Assembly: GCA_964493895.1 (NCBI GenBank)
Contig: CAZBPY010000001.1
Coordinates: 27,233 to 91,232 of the forward strand
Direction: 5' to 3'
DNA length: 64,000 bases
From: an uncultured Candidatus Saccharibacteria bacterium
GTDB lineage: Bacteria; Patescibacteriota; Saccharimonadia; Saccharimonadales; JAGQNJ01
Shown here: one piece after another, positions 15,348-24,821 of the stretch
Position numbering within the stretch: the first letter of the stretch is position 1
Layout of the letters: each line of letters starts with the position of its first letter
The notes under the pieces: generated by a model
The model's database searches: none
Seen by the model: only the letters and a program-made list of their open reading frames with translations
What the model was told of the DNA's origin: nothing
Made by a program: the position numbers and the translations under genes

Positions 15348-16487
15348 CTATTGGATCGGTTGTTGGGGTATAGCAGCTTCTGGCGGTTCCGGCAAAGTAA
15401 TGTAAACTCTCGACGGTTGCTGGGCCTTCATGTCATTAATAAAGGAGTTAACGTCTTGGAAATTAAACAGGATATGAGCCCCGCGGACAGTGTCCCCTTT
15501 CTTTTCCAGTAGTTTTAATATTTCTAACGAATAACCAGTGTTTACCACTGGTGAATACTGACCTGGTTCAAGACTAAACAAGACCGCAGTTGCCTGGGGT
15601 GTTACATTTTTGTCGGTTTTAGTGATGTCAAAGCCAAACTGACCACCATTATCTTTGCTGGCTAAGTCGTCTGAATACTTTTTGGCAACCTCTTCGAATG
15701 GCGTTCCGGCCTGCAGCTCCGCATAAGCAGCATCAGCCCGTTCGGTGGTTGGCACATCCAAGGCCGCCACTACTTTCTGGGTCAGTAATTCTTGGTGGAG
15801 ATAGCGCCTGAAATCATTGACTGACCAGCCAAAGTAATCTTGCAAGACATCTTCGAAAACCTGGTCGCCATTTCCTAACCTGTTTTGGTCGCGCAACAAC
15901 TGAATCTGGTCGTCTACCTCTTGATCACTGACCGTAATTCCCTTTTCTTTGGCGATTTTCTTGACATATGTAAGAGTAACCACTCGATCCAAGGCGCGTC
16001 GTTCAAATTCGGCCAGTTGCTGCTGGCCCGATTCGCTGTCAAAATCAAGTTTTTGCTGAGTCTCATAGTAGTGCATGTAGCGTCGCAGCTCGAAAAGATA
16101 GTTCTCATAAGCCACAAAGTCTCGTCCTACCCGAGCAATCGGAAACGGCACAATCTGAGTTACCTTGTACATAAAGTTCGAATTCGCTCCCAGGCGGTAT
16201 AGGGCAATGGTTGAATAAGCGAAAAATGCCAACAGGGCCGCTACTACCAAAGAGACCGATATCAGTACAATTTTGTGTTTGGATTGTTGCAGAGGATAAA
16301 TAAGCTTGCGAGCCGATGATAATACTTCCTCGCGGTGCTCTGGAATTGCCGTGTTGGTAATTTTGGGCACTTTCTTTGGCGGCTCAGACTCTGTGCGCCG
16401 GGCCTCAGCATAGGCTTCACCTTTGGCTTTGACCTCGGCGGCGGTGTGAACGGCTTTTTTCTTGGCTCTATGTAAAATTTTTTTCAT
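15348..16487 (-). CDS. membrane-anchored parvulin-type peptidyl-prolyl isomerase (PrsA/SurA-like)
   Basis: N-terminal TM, SurA-N-like helical region, then a C-terminal parvulin block (FEEVAKKYSDD..GGQFGF...GYSLEILKL). Confidence 0.7.
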   Translation of the reverse strand: MKKILHRAKKKAVHTAAEVKAKGEAYAEARRTESEPPKKVPKITNTAIPEHREEVLSSARKLIYPLQQSKHKIVLISVSLVVAALLAFFAYSTIALYRLGANSNFMYKVTQIVPFPIARVGRDFVAYENYLFELRRYMHYYETQQKLDFDSESGQQQLAEFERRALDRVVTLTYVKKIAKEKGITVSDQEVDDQIQLLRDQNRLGNGDQVFEDVLQDYFGWSVNDFRRYLHQELLTQKVVAALDVPTTERADAAYAELQAGTPFEEVAKKYSDDLASKDNGGQFGFDITKTDKNVTPQATAVLFSLEPGQYSPVVNTGYSLEILKLLEKKGDTVRGAHILFNFQDVNSFINDMKAQQPSRVYITLPEPPEAAIPQQPIQ

Positions 16488-17056
16488 TCAGCTTGCATTT
16501 CTTCCATCTGTTCTGGCGTCAGCTTGCGGGTGGTAATTCCCTGTTCGCGTAAAATCTCAGCGATGGTTTTTTGAACCCGTTCCGGATGATAAATCTCGTG
16601 AATCACCAGATCACCCATGTAGGTTTGCACCATTATTGTACCAAACTTAAGCACTGTTTCCTGCAATCCACTGACTTGGTAGTTCATCGACTGAATTTGA
16701 TTGAGGTTCATGTCCACCACTGTCTTGTGGAAAAGCCCCCGCCGAATAATTTGGATCAGTCGCTGGTTAGTAACGATAAACATGCTGTAGTACCAAGCAA
16801 TCCACGACGGCAAAAATACTATGACACTCAGGATCAGGCCAGCGGCTAGTCCGCCAAAAAACCAGCTGAGTTCTGGTTTTATCAGGGCCGGCACCATGCC
16901 AAGCAAAATTACTAAACTGGCCCAAATCAAACCTTTGCGCATAACAATCGGGTGTTTGCGGAAAACAAACAGCACTTCCTCGTCATCAAACTGGTCATCG
17001 AAAAGCTTTTCGGGTGCTTCACGGTCTTGCCTGTCAGTTTTTGCCCGCTTTGACAT
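16484..17056 (-). CDS. membrane protein with bacterial PH (YdbS/YdbT-like) domain
   Basis: EEVLFVFRKHPIVM, two TM helices, then a PH-like beta region. 4-nt overlap with the PPIase gene. TATAAT lies 6 nt upstream of the ATG. Confidence 0.55.
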   Translation of the reverse strand: MSKRAKTDRQDREAPEKLFDDQFDDEEVLFVFRKHPIVMRKGLIWASLVILLGMVPALIKPELSWFFGGLAAGLILSVIVFLPSWIAWYYSMFIVTNQRLIQIIRRGLFHKTVVDMNLNQIQSMNYQVSGLQETVLKFGTIMVQTYMGDLVIHEIYHPERVQKTIAEILREQGITTRKLTPEQMEEMQAE

Positions 17057-17121
17057 AAGCTCATTATACTCTGAAAGTATTAATGCTTGTACCTAACGCC
17101 TAAAAAGGGTTAAATCAGTGA

Positions 17122-17802
17122 ATGACTGACTTTTGCCAAAAGGCCGAACTACCTCCGTCTCGATTGGGCAACAACCGTTGTTTTCAGATTAAATATTATG
17201 GCCATGGCGATATTGCGACGGCGCTTTGGAAAGGTACTTTGGATAATGATGTCAGGTCAGCCGATCCCGATACCGAAGTTTTTAATTGGCATCACGGCAA
17301 TGATGAGACTATTTTGGCCGCTCTAGCCGGTTTCTTAACCCGTTCAGGGGTGTCTAAGCCAGATATCGCCAACATAATGCTCGGCTCAGGATCATCTGTT
17401 TTGCAGGAGTTTGACCAAATTGAAAGACGCATGCTTCCTGCAAACGAGAGATCAATAGATCGTATAGCAATTGGTGAACCGCTGTCACGTTTTGATTTAA
17501 AGAGTCTGGGGCTGAGATGCCTGGTACTTCCAACGCCCTCGCAGCCGGGAGTTTTCGAATATACTGGCGGCACAGGTATCTATACTAAAGCAACTAATAT
17601 TCGCGACGATACAATGGTGTGGGCCTCGTTCAATCCTCAACCCGGAGCCGATCTGCATAACATTACTCCAGATCACACAGCCGAGTTTTGCGTGTCTGAT
17701 GTTCCGACAATGGCCAAGCTAGTTTGTGACCTTTCCCTCGGAGAGTATCGCCGCGATATTGCCGCATTCCTGCAGCGAAATTACTTAGAGTCTGAACAAT
17801 AG
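17122..17802 (+). CDS. hypothetical protein
   Basis: 226-aa ORF with no recognisable motif. Confidence 0.45.
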   Translation: MTDFCQKAELPPSRLGNNRCFQIKYYGHGDIATALWKGTLDNDVRSADPDTEVFNWHHGNDETILAALAGFLTRSGVSKPDIANIMLGSGSSVLQEFDQIERRMLPANERSIDRIAIGEPLSRFDLKSLGLRCLVLPTPSQPGVFEYTGGTGIYTKATNIRDDTMVWASFNPQPGADLHNITPDHTAEFCVSDVPTMAKLVCDLSLGEYRRDIAAFLQRNYLESEQ

Positions 17803-17830
17803 TCATCTTTTACGTTATTATTACTTGTAA

Positions 17831-17907
17831 GCCCCGGTAGCTCAGTGGATTAGAGCGCCGCCGTCCTAAGGCGGGCGTCGCAGGTTCGAATCCTGCCCGG
17901 GGTACCA
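17831..17907 (+). tRNA. tRNA-Arg (anticodon CCU), CCA encoded
   Basis: Acceptor GCCCCGG/CCGGGGT, D arm GCTC-AGTGGATTA-GAGC, anticodon stem CCGCC/GGCGG with loop GTCCTAA, T arm GCAGG-TTCGAAT-CCTGC, discriminator A, CCA. Confidence 0.9.
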
Positions 17908-17924
17908 TTTGGTAATTGCAGATG

Positions 17925-17955
17925 GAGATTGAAGTCGTTTTCAATCTCATTTTTG
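17925..17955 (+). terminator. intrinsic terminator after tRNA-Arg
   Basis: 9-bp stem GAGATTGAA / TTCAATCTC, 6-nt loop, then ATTTTTG. Confidence 0.55.
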
Positions 17956-18067
17956 CTGCATAGGAATTATCACTTTAAATTGGGTTTAAATCCTGTTTGG
18001 TGTCTTGTGGGTATAATAATTCTATGAATAGACTCACTGCCTTTATCACCGAAAGTTTCAGATAATA

Positions 18068-18592
18068 ATGAGCTTTAAGATAACGCCTGGTATTGACGAA
18101 ACAGAGCTACCAACTTGGCTACAAAAAGCCCTTGAAAAGTACGGATTATACGAAGGTAAAGCTGTTAATTATACTAACGCTGATACAGCTCCTATTGTTA
18201 TGTGTACGGTTGTCTGCGGAAATGAATTACTGCTTGTGAAGCGTGGCTACGGATTGGCTGACGCAGAGGGCTACTGGTCAACTGTTAATGGTTTTATAGA
18301 TGAAAACAAGCCCGTAACAGAGATTGCGCAACAGGAAGTCAAAGAGGAGCTAGGTCTAGAGGTTAATCTAGGTGACATTAAAGTAGCTAAGTCATACACA
18401 TTAGAAAATCCCCAAGAAAAAAGAAAGTACATTGTATTTGCTTGCTTAATTACATTGAAATCAAAGCCAAAGATCGTATTAGACCGTGAGCATACGGACT
18501 ATGCTTGGATAACAAGAGCGCAGCTTAAGGACTACGAAATGCTAGACGACCTACCTTATGCGATTAACGCTGCGCTAAAGCTAAGAGCCTAA
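18068..18592 (+). CDS. NUDIX-family hydrolase
   Basis: Nudix-box-like GFIDENKPVTEIAQQEVKEELGLEV (QEVKEELG corresponds to REUxEExG). Confidence 0.7.
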   Translation: MSFKITPGIDETELPTWLQKALEKYGLYEGKAVNYTNADTAPIVMCTVVCGNELLLVKRGYGLADAEGYWSTVNGFIDENKPVTEIAQQEVKEELGLEVNLGDIKVAKSYTLENPQEKRKYIVFACLITLKSKPKIVLDREHTDYAWITRAQLKDYEMLDDLPYAINAALKLRA

Positions 18593-18674
18593 TTTGCTCC
18601 TTGATACTGCGCAGGCGGTAAACTGTTAATAGCAGTTTGAACTTCCTTTACTACCGTGTACCAGGTTTTGTAAA

Positions 18675-19232
18675 TTAAACCTGGGTTAGGGACTCGTGGA
18701 CAGTTGTGTACTTAAAGAGTTCGTCATCATCGAACCAGAGGTCGATTTCTTGCTTGGCTTCATCGACAGAACCAGAGGCATGGACGATATTGGCGGCGCC
18801 CTTCTTGGCAATCGAAGCTCGACCCAGGCTGAGGTGGGCATAATCACCGCGGATTGTTCCCGGTGGCGAATCTTTTGGACCAGTACTACCAACCATTTTT
18901 CGGACAATACTAACAGCGTGTGTGCCTTCTAAAACCATAGCCAGCACGGGAGATTGCTGCATGAATTTTCGAGTGGCTTCGACAATCATCTCGCCGATTT
19001 CCTCGATGGTTTCCGAGTATTCAACGCCTTCGGCGTCCCAGTCTGATTTGGTTTTATTGCCGACAATTGGCACCATGCTGTCTGGGTAGTGCTTTTTGAG
19101 AAGCTCCATGTCGGGAACCATCATTTTCATGCCAATAATTTTCAGGCCGGCCCGTTCGAATCGGGTGATAATTTCTCCCATGATGGCCCGCTGAACCGTA
19201 TCTGGCTTTAAAATAACAAAGGTTCGTTCCAA
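18675..19232 (-). CDS. ndk: nucleoside diphosphate kinase (long form with insertion)
   Basis: ERTFVILKPD, RFERAGLKIIGMK, GTIRGDY, NIVHASGSVDEAKQEIDLWF (active-site His). TTG start with AGGAG SD. Confidence 0.9.
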   Translation of the reverse strand: MERTFVILKPDTVQRAIMGEIITRFERAGLKIIGMKMMVPDMELLKKHYPDSMVPIVGNKTKSDWDAEGVEYSETIEEIGEMIVEATRKFMQQSPVLAMVLEGTHAVSIVRKMVGSTGPKDSPPGTIRGDYAHLSLGRASIAKKGAANIVHASGSVDEAKQEIDLWFDDDELFKYTTVHESLTQV

Positions 19233-19330
19233 AATTTTCTCCTTTTATTAATTCGTATACATTTTGTATTCACAAGCAGTATAACAGATTAGGCACACAG
19301 CGAAAAGGCCAAGTGTATTACAATGTATAT

Positions 19331-20251
19331 ATGCAATTTGCCCGAGCCAAAACTGATTTTTTAGAATATCTTGAGATCGAGCAGAACCGTTCCCAAAAAA
19401 CCATTCGAAACTACGACCACTACCTGACCCGCTTGGAGGATTACGCCGGTGATATCCTGATTTCAGACATCACGCCAGAGCTCATCCAGAAGTGGCGGTT
19501 GTGGCTAAACCGCTTGGGTACCAATGTGTCTGATGAGCTGCAAAAAACTACCCAAAATTATCACCTGATTGCTTTGCGTAGCTTTCTAAAATTTTGTGCC
19601 AAGCGCGGTATTCCGGCCTTGGCAGCCGATAAGATCGAATTAGCCCGCACTAAACGCAAACAGGTTACCTTTCTGACAGCCGACGAGCTAAGCCGCCTGT
19701 TCAGTCAACCTAAAATCGACGATATTTCCGGATTACGTGACCGGGCCATCATGGAATTACTGTTTTCCAGCGGTCTGCGGGTATCCGAACTGGTTAATCT
19801 AGATCGCGACCATGTCAACATGAAGCGCCGAGAATTCATGGTCCGCGGTAAGGGCCAAAAAGATCGGCCAATTTTTATTAGCGAAGTAGCTGCCGAATGG
19901 GTTCAGGGTTATCTAAATCGCCGAGAAGATAATCTGCCACCCCTGTTTATTAGTTATGGCGGTCGGCACAAGTCCAGCACCTCCGGCGATTACAAGCGTT
20001 TGACCCCCCGCAGCGTTCAACGGATGGTAGTCCGATACGCTAAATTGGCCGGGATCACCAAACACGTCTCGCCGCACACGCTGAGACACTCTTTCGCTAC
20101 TGATTTACTGATGAATGGAGCTGATTTAAGGTCAGTTCAAGCTATGTTAGGCCACAGCAATGTGGCTACCACCCAAATTTATACTCACGTCACTGATCCG
20201 CATTTAAAGAAAGTCCACCAAGAATTCCACCGCAAAAAGTCGGCAAATTAG
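19331..20251 (+). CDS. tyrosine recombinase, XerC/XerD type
   Basis: N-terminal SAM-like core-binding domain. C-terminal HTLRHSFATDLLMNGADLRSVQAMLGHSNVATTQIYTHV. ATG 19331 is preceded by TACAAT at 6 nt; the track start GTG 19313 is less likely. Confidence 0.85.
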   Translation: MQFARAKTDFLEYLEIEQNRSQKTIRNYDHYLTRLEDYAGDILISDITPELIQKWRLWLNRLGTNVSDELQKTTQNYHLIALRSFLKFCAKRGIPALAADKIELARTKRKQVTFLTADELSRLFSQPKIDDISGLRDRAIMELLFSSGLRVSELVNLDRDHVNMKRREFMVRGKGQKDRPIFISEVAAEWVQGYLNRREDNLPPLFISYGGRHKSSTSGDYKRLTPRSVQRMVVRYAKLAGITKHVSPHTLRHSFATDLLMNGADLRSVQAMLGHSNVATTQIYTHVTDPHLKKVHQEFHRKKSAN

Positions 20252-21300
20252 TCGTTATTGTAGTAAGATGTGCAGCCATCTATGACCACAGACGGGGCAA
20301 CCGATATCTTTTTACAAATACCATCAGTCACCTGTAAGGCGAACCCTGGCACATCAGATGTTTCTTCGATTGGAACTCGAACTTGGATTCGTCTTAAAAC
20401 ATCATTGGCTCGACCAGTCGCATCTATGACAGCCTGCCCGTTAAGTAGCGTTAATTGGCCATCTGCTCCAAATGCTTCAATGGCAACATTGCTATCTGTA
20501 TATAAACTCTTCAAGCTTAAATAAATGAGAGTCGAATTTAGGCCGGTAATCTCGACGTTGCAGTAGCGCGGGAGATTGAGAGAGTCGTTATCCTCATGAC
20601 AATTGCCGCTCACAATTGACCCCTGGGTATCTAAGCCGGATTGAAATGGCTGTTGAACCGGATTGGCCGGCGAATTTACCTCATAAGGGTAAAGAAATAG
20701 TGTCTGAGTGTTGTTTATTAGATCTTGCCTCGTGAATCCCCCTGGCACAGGAGTGGCTGTCAGCCGTAAAATCGGCGCAGTACTAGGAAATTTATTGCTG
20801 TTGTTGGCTACATAATCTTTTTGCGGCAAGACAGCTTGACTGCCGGCCGGGGCAAAAGTTTTATCGTTATTTTTGCTTTGCCAACTGATGCGCAGTTTAG
20901 TGATGGGGCTAGCGGCTTGAACACGCTTAATTGATACGCCTGCCGACTGATCAAACTCAAGATTTGTTGGTGACTCGTTGATTAATACGCAGGTGTAAGC
21001 CAGTTCATTTCCAAGACTAGCCTGAGCCGGATTAATAGTATTTACTTGATCACAGTCCGTAATATTAGCTGCACCAGCTTTAATCTTCTGAATGGCGTCG
21101 TTTACACCAGATTCAGCTGCGTAGAAAGCCTGGGTGCTTAGTTGTCGATCAAGAGCTTGGCGGCCTTCTCGGCGGCTAACAAGTGCAAAACCAGTGGCAA
21201 TCAAGGAGATAATGGTAATAAAGCCAATGGCAATCACAATTGATACCAAACCGGACTGTTGGTCTTTTAGGCTAGTGAATTGAGATTTATGACCGCTCAT
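20248..21300 (-). CDS. PilX-like pilus-associated protein (non-canonical pilin-like N-terminus)
   Basis: Hydrophobic N-terminal helix after QQSG|LVSIVIAIGF with no Glu5, followed by STQAFYAAESGVNDAI, typical of the PilX N-terminal domain. Last gene of the minor-pilin operon. Confidence 0.5.
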   Translation of the reverse strand: MSGHKSQFTSLKDQQSGLVSIVIAIGFITIISLIATGFALVSRREGRQALDRQLSTQAFYAAESGVNDAIQKIKAGAANITDCDQVNTINPAQASLGNELAYTCVLINESPTNLEFDQSAGVSIKRVQAASPITKLRISWQSKNNDKTFAPAGSQAVLPQKDYVANNSNKFPSTAPILRLTATPVPGGFTRQDLINNTQTLFLYPYEVNSPANPVQQPFQSGLDTQGSIVSGNCHEDNDSLNLPRYCNVEITGLNSTLIYLSLKSLYTDSNVAIEAFGADGQLTLLNGQAVIDATGRANDVLRRIQVRVPIEETSDVPGFALQVTDGICKKISVAPSVVIDGCTSYYNND

Positions 21301-21302
21301 GC

Positions 21303-22013
21303 TTACTCTGCCCTACTATACACCACTGTAGTCAGGTCGGAAATGGCACACCATTGACCGCCGACAACCGAACCTTTACAAGCATTAGGATCTTCAAAGT
21401 TATCAAGAAGGTCTGGGCTGGCATAGTAAACAACTTTGACATGAATTCTGAACAGATCGCTGCTGCCTTCTTGCCCAACACTTAAATCCTGGAGACGCAT
21501 ATCATTATCAAGCAGTTCGCGGCCATTAAAATCACTGGTGACTGACTCGGAGTAATTCTGGTACGGATCTTCAAACTGGAGCTGAGGCAAATAGTCGCTG
21601 CAGCCTAAACTACCGATGTTATCTTGCCAAAGCACGTGTCGAACCTTCTTATTGGTTTGGTCATATGAATTGCTCTCAGCCTGACTGTCCAACTGGCCGC
21701 CCCTTACAAAGGTGAAACGGTTTGGGCCAAAACAATAGGCACTAATCGGCGGAACATCGCCAGAGCCAGGCTCATGAATAGTTACGTTCGAGATATCACT
21801 GAACTGTATACTTCGGCTAATATCATCAATCACAGCTCTGGAGGCTTGCTGAGTGCGCGAGCTAATGTAACCCTTATAGTACATCCGACCGACTTGGATG
21901 ATAGCCGCTGTCACAACCAGCAAAATTACCGAAAAAACTACCGTAGCAATCAACAGCTCAATAATTGTAAAGCCGTTTTGATTTTTTCTGGGCGGAAGCC
22001 TGTGCCGGATCAC
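21303..22013 (-). CDS. minor pilin / pseudopilin (prepilin-type N-terminal methylation motif)
   Basis: KNQNG|FTIIELLIATVVFSVILLVV (Gly-1, Phe+1, Glu+5). Confidence 0.7.
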   Translation of the reverse strand: MIRHRLPPRKNQNGFTIIELLIATVVFSVILLVVTAAIIQVGRMYYKGYISSRTQQASRAVIDDISRSIQFSDISNVTIHEPGSGDVPPISAYCFGPNRFTFVRGGQLDSQAESNSYDQTNKKVRHVLWQDNIGSLGCSDYLPQLQFEDPYQNYSESVTSDFNGRELLDNDMRLQDLSVGQEGSSDLFRIHVKVVYYASPDLLDNFEDPNACKGSVVGGQWCAISDLTTVVYSRAE

Positions 22014-22480
22014 TGTGTAACTCCCGGATAGACCCTGTAAGTAACTGTGGTGTGCTCTTCACCGCCGCCCAAGCTGTCCCATGTGGCAGTTATGTCGTAC
22101 TGGCGTGTTGACGATGAGTTACCCGGCGCTGGCGTTATGCTCAAACGGTAACGACCGTCAGGCCCTTGCTGACAGGCATCATTATCAACAGATGTATCGA
22201 CTGGACCGCTGTCGCTATCAGTCATACAAAAAGCATCACTTCGAGTAAATATATTGGCAGTAGCTGATGAATTGGCAGCTAATTTTTTCAATCTCTCGAC
22301 TTGGCTTTCAACCTGCTTTAGGGCTTCTACCCGTTCCTGGGCACGTTGATTGTTCTTTAGACTTCTGGAAGCAATTCCATAGCCAAAACCAATTGCTAGA
22401 CCGACTACCACAACCGCCAATAAAACCTCAACAATTGTATCTCCAGCCTGACCTAAACGTGTTTTAGTCATGACGAACAC
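22010..22480 (-). CDS. minor pilin / pseudopilin
   Basis: GQAG|DTIVEVLLAVVVVGLAIG (Glu+5). 4-nt overlap with the next gene. Confidence 0.65.
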   Translation of the reverse strand: MFVMTKTRLGQAGDTIVEVLLAVVVVGLAIGFGYGIASRSLKNNQRAQERVEALKQVESQVERLKKLAANSSATANIFTRSDAFCMTDSDSGPVDTSVDNDACQQGPDGRYRLSITPAPGNSSSTRQYDITATWDSLGGGEEHTTVTYRVYPGVTQ

Positions 22481-23313
22481 TCCTCTGGCACATCATCAAT
22501 AGTTACATCAGTGCTTGTATTATTTTTGTTGCCGATAATAATTGCCGCTCTCCGATCACCGTTGCTGAGACAAATAACTACCCGGCCTGGATTAACTGGG
22601 TCACCACCCATATCCCTGATAGCTGTCGCCATAGCATTAGACCGAAGACGGTCATTTGATTCATCATTAAGCGATGAATTAACTAGCGGTATCAGATTGA
22701 GATTAGATGAACCTGATGTCAAACCGTCATCACCAGATTTAGCAAAAGAGGCAATGAAGGCTAGCGCCCCTACATCAACTGGAGTAGAGGCGTTTGTTGT
22801 GGCGATCTTAGTAACCCTTATACCCCACGGCAGGCGATGGTCAATAACATCATTAGGCGATTCCGGTTGAAGGTCAGATGTAGCTACAACCGTTTGCTTT
22901 GCCTGGTTGTCAGCGTTGCCTAGACCGTTAACTTCTTTGCCGTCAGCTCCTTGTCGTTGCCCGACTACAGTATAAACATAGTACCTTTCACCATTAGTAA
23001 ACTGGATGGCTCTACCTAGAAAAATACAGGCTGAGTTAGTTCCCTGGTCACTTTCTGCGATATCGAGGTCTGGTCCAGCCCCATTACCGCCTGTGCAGCT
23101 CAGGTTACCGCGATTTGGGTAAAAGCCGCTGGCTGTTTCATTAATAATGGTGCGAATCTGGGTTTCTACTTCTCGAACACCTTGGGTAAATTGAGTTCGC
23201 TGCTGACGGCCACGAAAAACTAACATACCGCTGACTAAAAGTACGCTGGTGACAACTAGAAAAATCATCACTTCAACAATAGTGTAGCCGCGCGAAGCTA
23301 GCGGACGTCTCAT
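22468..23313 (-). CDS. minor pilin / pseudopilin
   Basis: LASRG|YTIVEVMIFLVVTSVLLV (Glu+5). First gene of the operon. Confidence 0.7.
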   Translation of the reverse strand: MRRPLASRGYTIVEVMIFLVVTSVLLVSGMLVFRGRQQRTQFTQGVREVETQIRTIINETASGFYPNRGNLSCTGGNGAGPDLDIAESDQGTNSACIFLGRAIQFTNGERYYVYTVVGQRQGADGKEVNGLGNADNQAKQTVVATSDLQPESPNDVIDHRLPWGIRVTKIATTNASTPVDVGALAFIASFAKSGDDGLTSGSSNLNLIPLVNSSLNDESNDRLRSNAMATAIRDMGGDPVNPGRVVICLSNGDRRAAIIIGNKNNTSTDVTIDDVPEECSS

Positions 23314-23320
23314 GAGGTTC

Positions 23321-23334
23321 AGTATAGCATAAGC
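23321..23334 (-). promoter_or_regulatory. extended -10 promoter GCTTATGCTATACT, 7 nt upstream of the minor-pilin ATG
   Basis: Minus-strand read GCTTATGCTATACT-GAACCTC-ATG. The 14-mer is identical to the one at 31754-31767 upstream of pilM. Confidence 0.45.
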
Positions 23335-23361
23335 ATTACCCTGGCAACAGCGGTGAAACCG

Positions 23362-24168
23362 CTAAAACAATGATTTGTACCACGAAATCACAGGTTCTCC
23401 CCACCAAAAAACCACAGTGGCGGCCGTGATCAAGAATGGACCAAAAGGCAGTTTGTGTGAAAGACCTTTACCGATTAATAACAGCGGTACACTAACTAAT
23501 GTCCCGATGAGCGAAGCAATAAATAATAATAGTATCGACTCAAGTACTCCGCCTGATATTAAGCCTAGTGGAATAGCTAATTTGACATCACCGCCGCCTA
23601 TCCATCTGCCTTTAGACACCTGAAATAGACCCCAGAACAAACCGCTTAGCAATAGAGCGCCGAGTCCGGGCCAAATAACGAAGTTGGGATCACCTCTTTC
23701 GATGCACAAAAGGCCGACAAGCACCAAACTAGCGGCCGTTAGGGGCAGAATTAACTTATCGGGCAACAACATCCAGCGCAGGTCGTAGATCACCAGGGAG
23801 ATCAGCAGGACCAGACTAAACAACCATACTACAAAGGCAACCGTGCCAATACCAGAAAAGCTGTATGGCCAAGCAAGGTATGATCCGATAAATAGTCCGG
23901 CAGTAATTATTTCAGTTGCTGGGTATTGCCAGCCAATTTTAGCTTGGCAATAGCGGCACCGGCCCCTAAGTTCAATCCAACTTAAAACCGGAATCAGATC
24001 AGCTGCACCAAGCCTGTGGGCACAATGCGGACACATAGAACGGCCTTTTACAATAGAGGTGTTCTTTGTCTTTTCCTTTGAGTTCTCCTGTTTATACAAG
24101 CGCCAGACAACTGCCGAAATAAAACTACCGAAACAGAGACCTAAAATCCCCATCAATACAAAAATCAT
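23362..24168 (-). CDS. pilD: prepilin peptidase / N-methyltransferase (A24 family)
   Basis: CPHCAHRLGAADLIPVLSWIELRGRCRYCQAKIGWQYPATEI zinc-finger region. Polytopic with GGGDVKL aspartyl motif. TAGAAT lies 6 nt upstream of the ATG. Confidence 0.9.
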   Translation of the reverse strand: MIFVLMGILGLCFGSFISAVVWRLYKQENSKEKTKNTSIVKGRSMCPHCAHRLGAADLIPVLSWIELRGRCRYCQAKIGWQYPATEIITAGLFIGSYLAWPYSFSGIGTVAFVVWLFSLVLLISLVIYDLRWMLLPDKLILPLTAASLVLVGLLCIERGDPNFVIWPGLGALLLSGLFWGLFQVSKGRWIGGGDVKLAIPLGLISGGVLESILLLFIASLIGTLVSVPLLLIGKGLSHKLPFGPFLITAATVVFWWGEPVISWYKSLF

Positions 24169-24199
24169 AGCTTCATTCTACCCCACGTTATGCTGAGCA

Positions 24200-24234
24200 G
24201 AAAATAAAACAGCCCAGATAATCCCGGGCTGTTT
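24200..24234 (-). terminator. intrinsic terminator after pilA
   Basis: 8-bp stem AACAGCCC / GGGCTGTT (plus 208-215 / 226-233), followed on the minus strand by TTATTTTC. Confidence 0.6.
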
Positions 24235-24251
24235 GCTTAAATTAGCTTGTT

Positions 24252-24734
24252 CTAGCTTTCTTGACACTGTGGGCTTGGATCGTTGCTGGTCTCAACCAAG
24301 AAGCCAGCTGCGACTGATCGCGAGTTGCTATCGCCAAAGCCTGTTTTGTCATCATTACACTGCTCGCCAAGACTAACGACGACAGTGTTTGTATCAGTTG
24401 GCATTTCGGTACCTGTTGATACAGTGGTACCAGCCCTGATTTTTCCAATTTCAGCCGATGTCTCAGTGTTGCATGCCCCATCGTCAGATGCTCGGAGTAC
24501 CCCATCGTCTCCTGCACATACACCATCAGGTAGCCTACCATTGTGATTGCCCGAATACTCATTGACTGCACCAAGGATATTGCTTACATCGCTGCGAATT
24601 TGAGTATTGCGACTGTTACGCTGCAAAGCCGGAACGGCTAAGAAGACAATTAATAAGATGACTGCGGCAATGACGAGAACAATCATCACCTCGATGATTG
24701 TAAAGCCTTGTTGCTTGCTTCGTAGATGTTTCAT
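24252..24734 (-). CDS. pilA: type IV major pilin
   Basis: KQQG|FTIIEVMIVLVIAAVILLIVFLAVPALQ (class III signal peptide, Glu+5). 160 aa with C-terminal Cys pair. Own promoter and terminator. Confidence 0.85.
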   Translation of the reverse strand: MKHLRSKQQGFTIIEVMIVLVIAAVILLIVFLAVPALQRNSRNTQIRSDVSNILGAVNEYSGNHNGRLPDGVCAGDDGVLRASDDGACNTETSAEIGKIRAGTTVSTGTEMPTDTNTVVVSLGEQCNDDKTGFGDSNSRSVAAGFLVETSNDPSPQCQES

Positions 24735-24774
24735 TATTTTGGTGCCCCTTATAACTTTTATTGCTTATGCTTTT

Positions 24775-24803
24775 ATACTAGACAGCTGTTTGAGTAATTG
24801 CAA
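24775..24803 (-). promoter_or_regulatory. candidate pilA promoter TTGCAA-N17-TAGTAT
   Basis: Minus-strand read: TTGCAA (24803-24798), 17 nt, TAGTAT (24780-24775). Overlaps a plus-strand copy of the pilus promoter motif (24763-24783). Confidence 0.4.
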
Positions 24804-24821
24804 GTTTTGTCCACAGGTTGA

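Noticed and set aside
18619-18639. Hairpin AAACTG-TTAATAG-CAGTTT between the convergent NUDIX and ndk genes, considered as a bidirectional terminator.
   Set aside because: The stem is only 6 bp and AT-rich, and there is no U-tract on either strand.
17831-20251. tRNA-Arg followed within 1.5 kb by a tyrosine recombinase next to the pilus locus, raising the possibility of an integrated genomic island.
   Set aside because: The recombinase has Xer-type features (SAM-like N-domain, housekeeping-like C-terminal motifs). The intervening genes are ndk and a NUDIX hydrolase. I found no direct repeat of the tRNA 3' end and no phage or mobilisation genes. The composition of the pilus locus matches its surroundings.
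24242-24574. 110-aa alternative-frame ORF and an 87-aa antisense ORF inside pilA.
   Set aside because: The pilA frame has the class III signal peptide, its own promoter and terminator. The overlapping frames are by-products.
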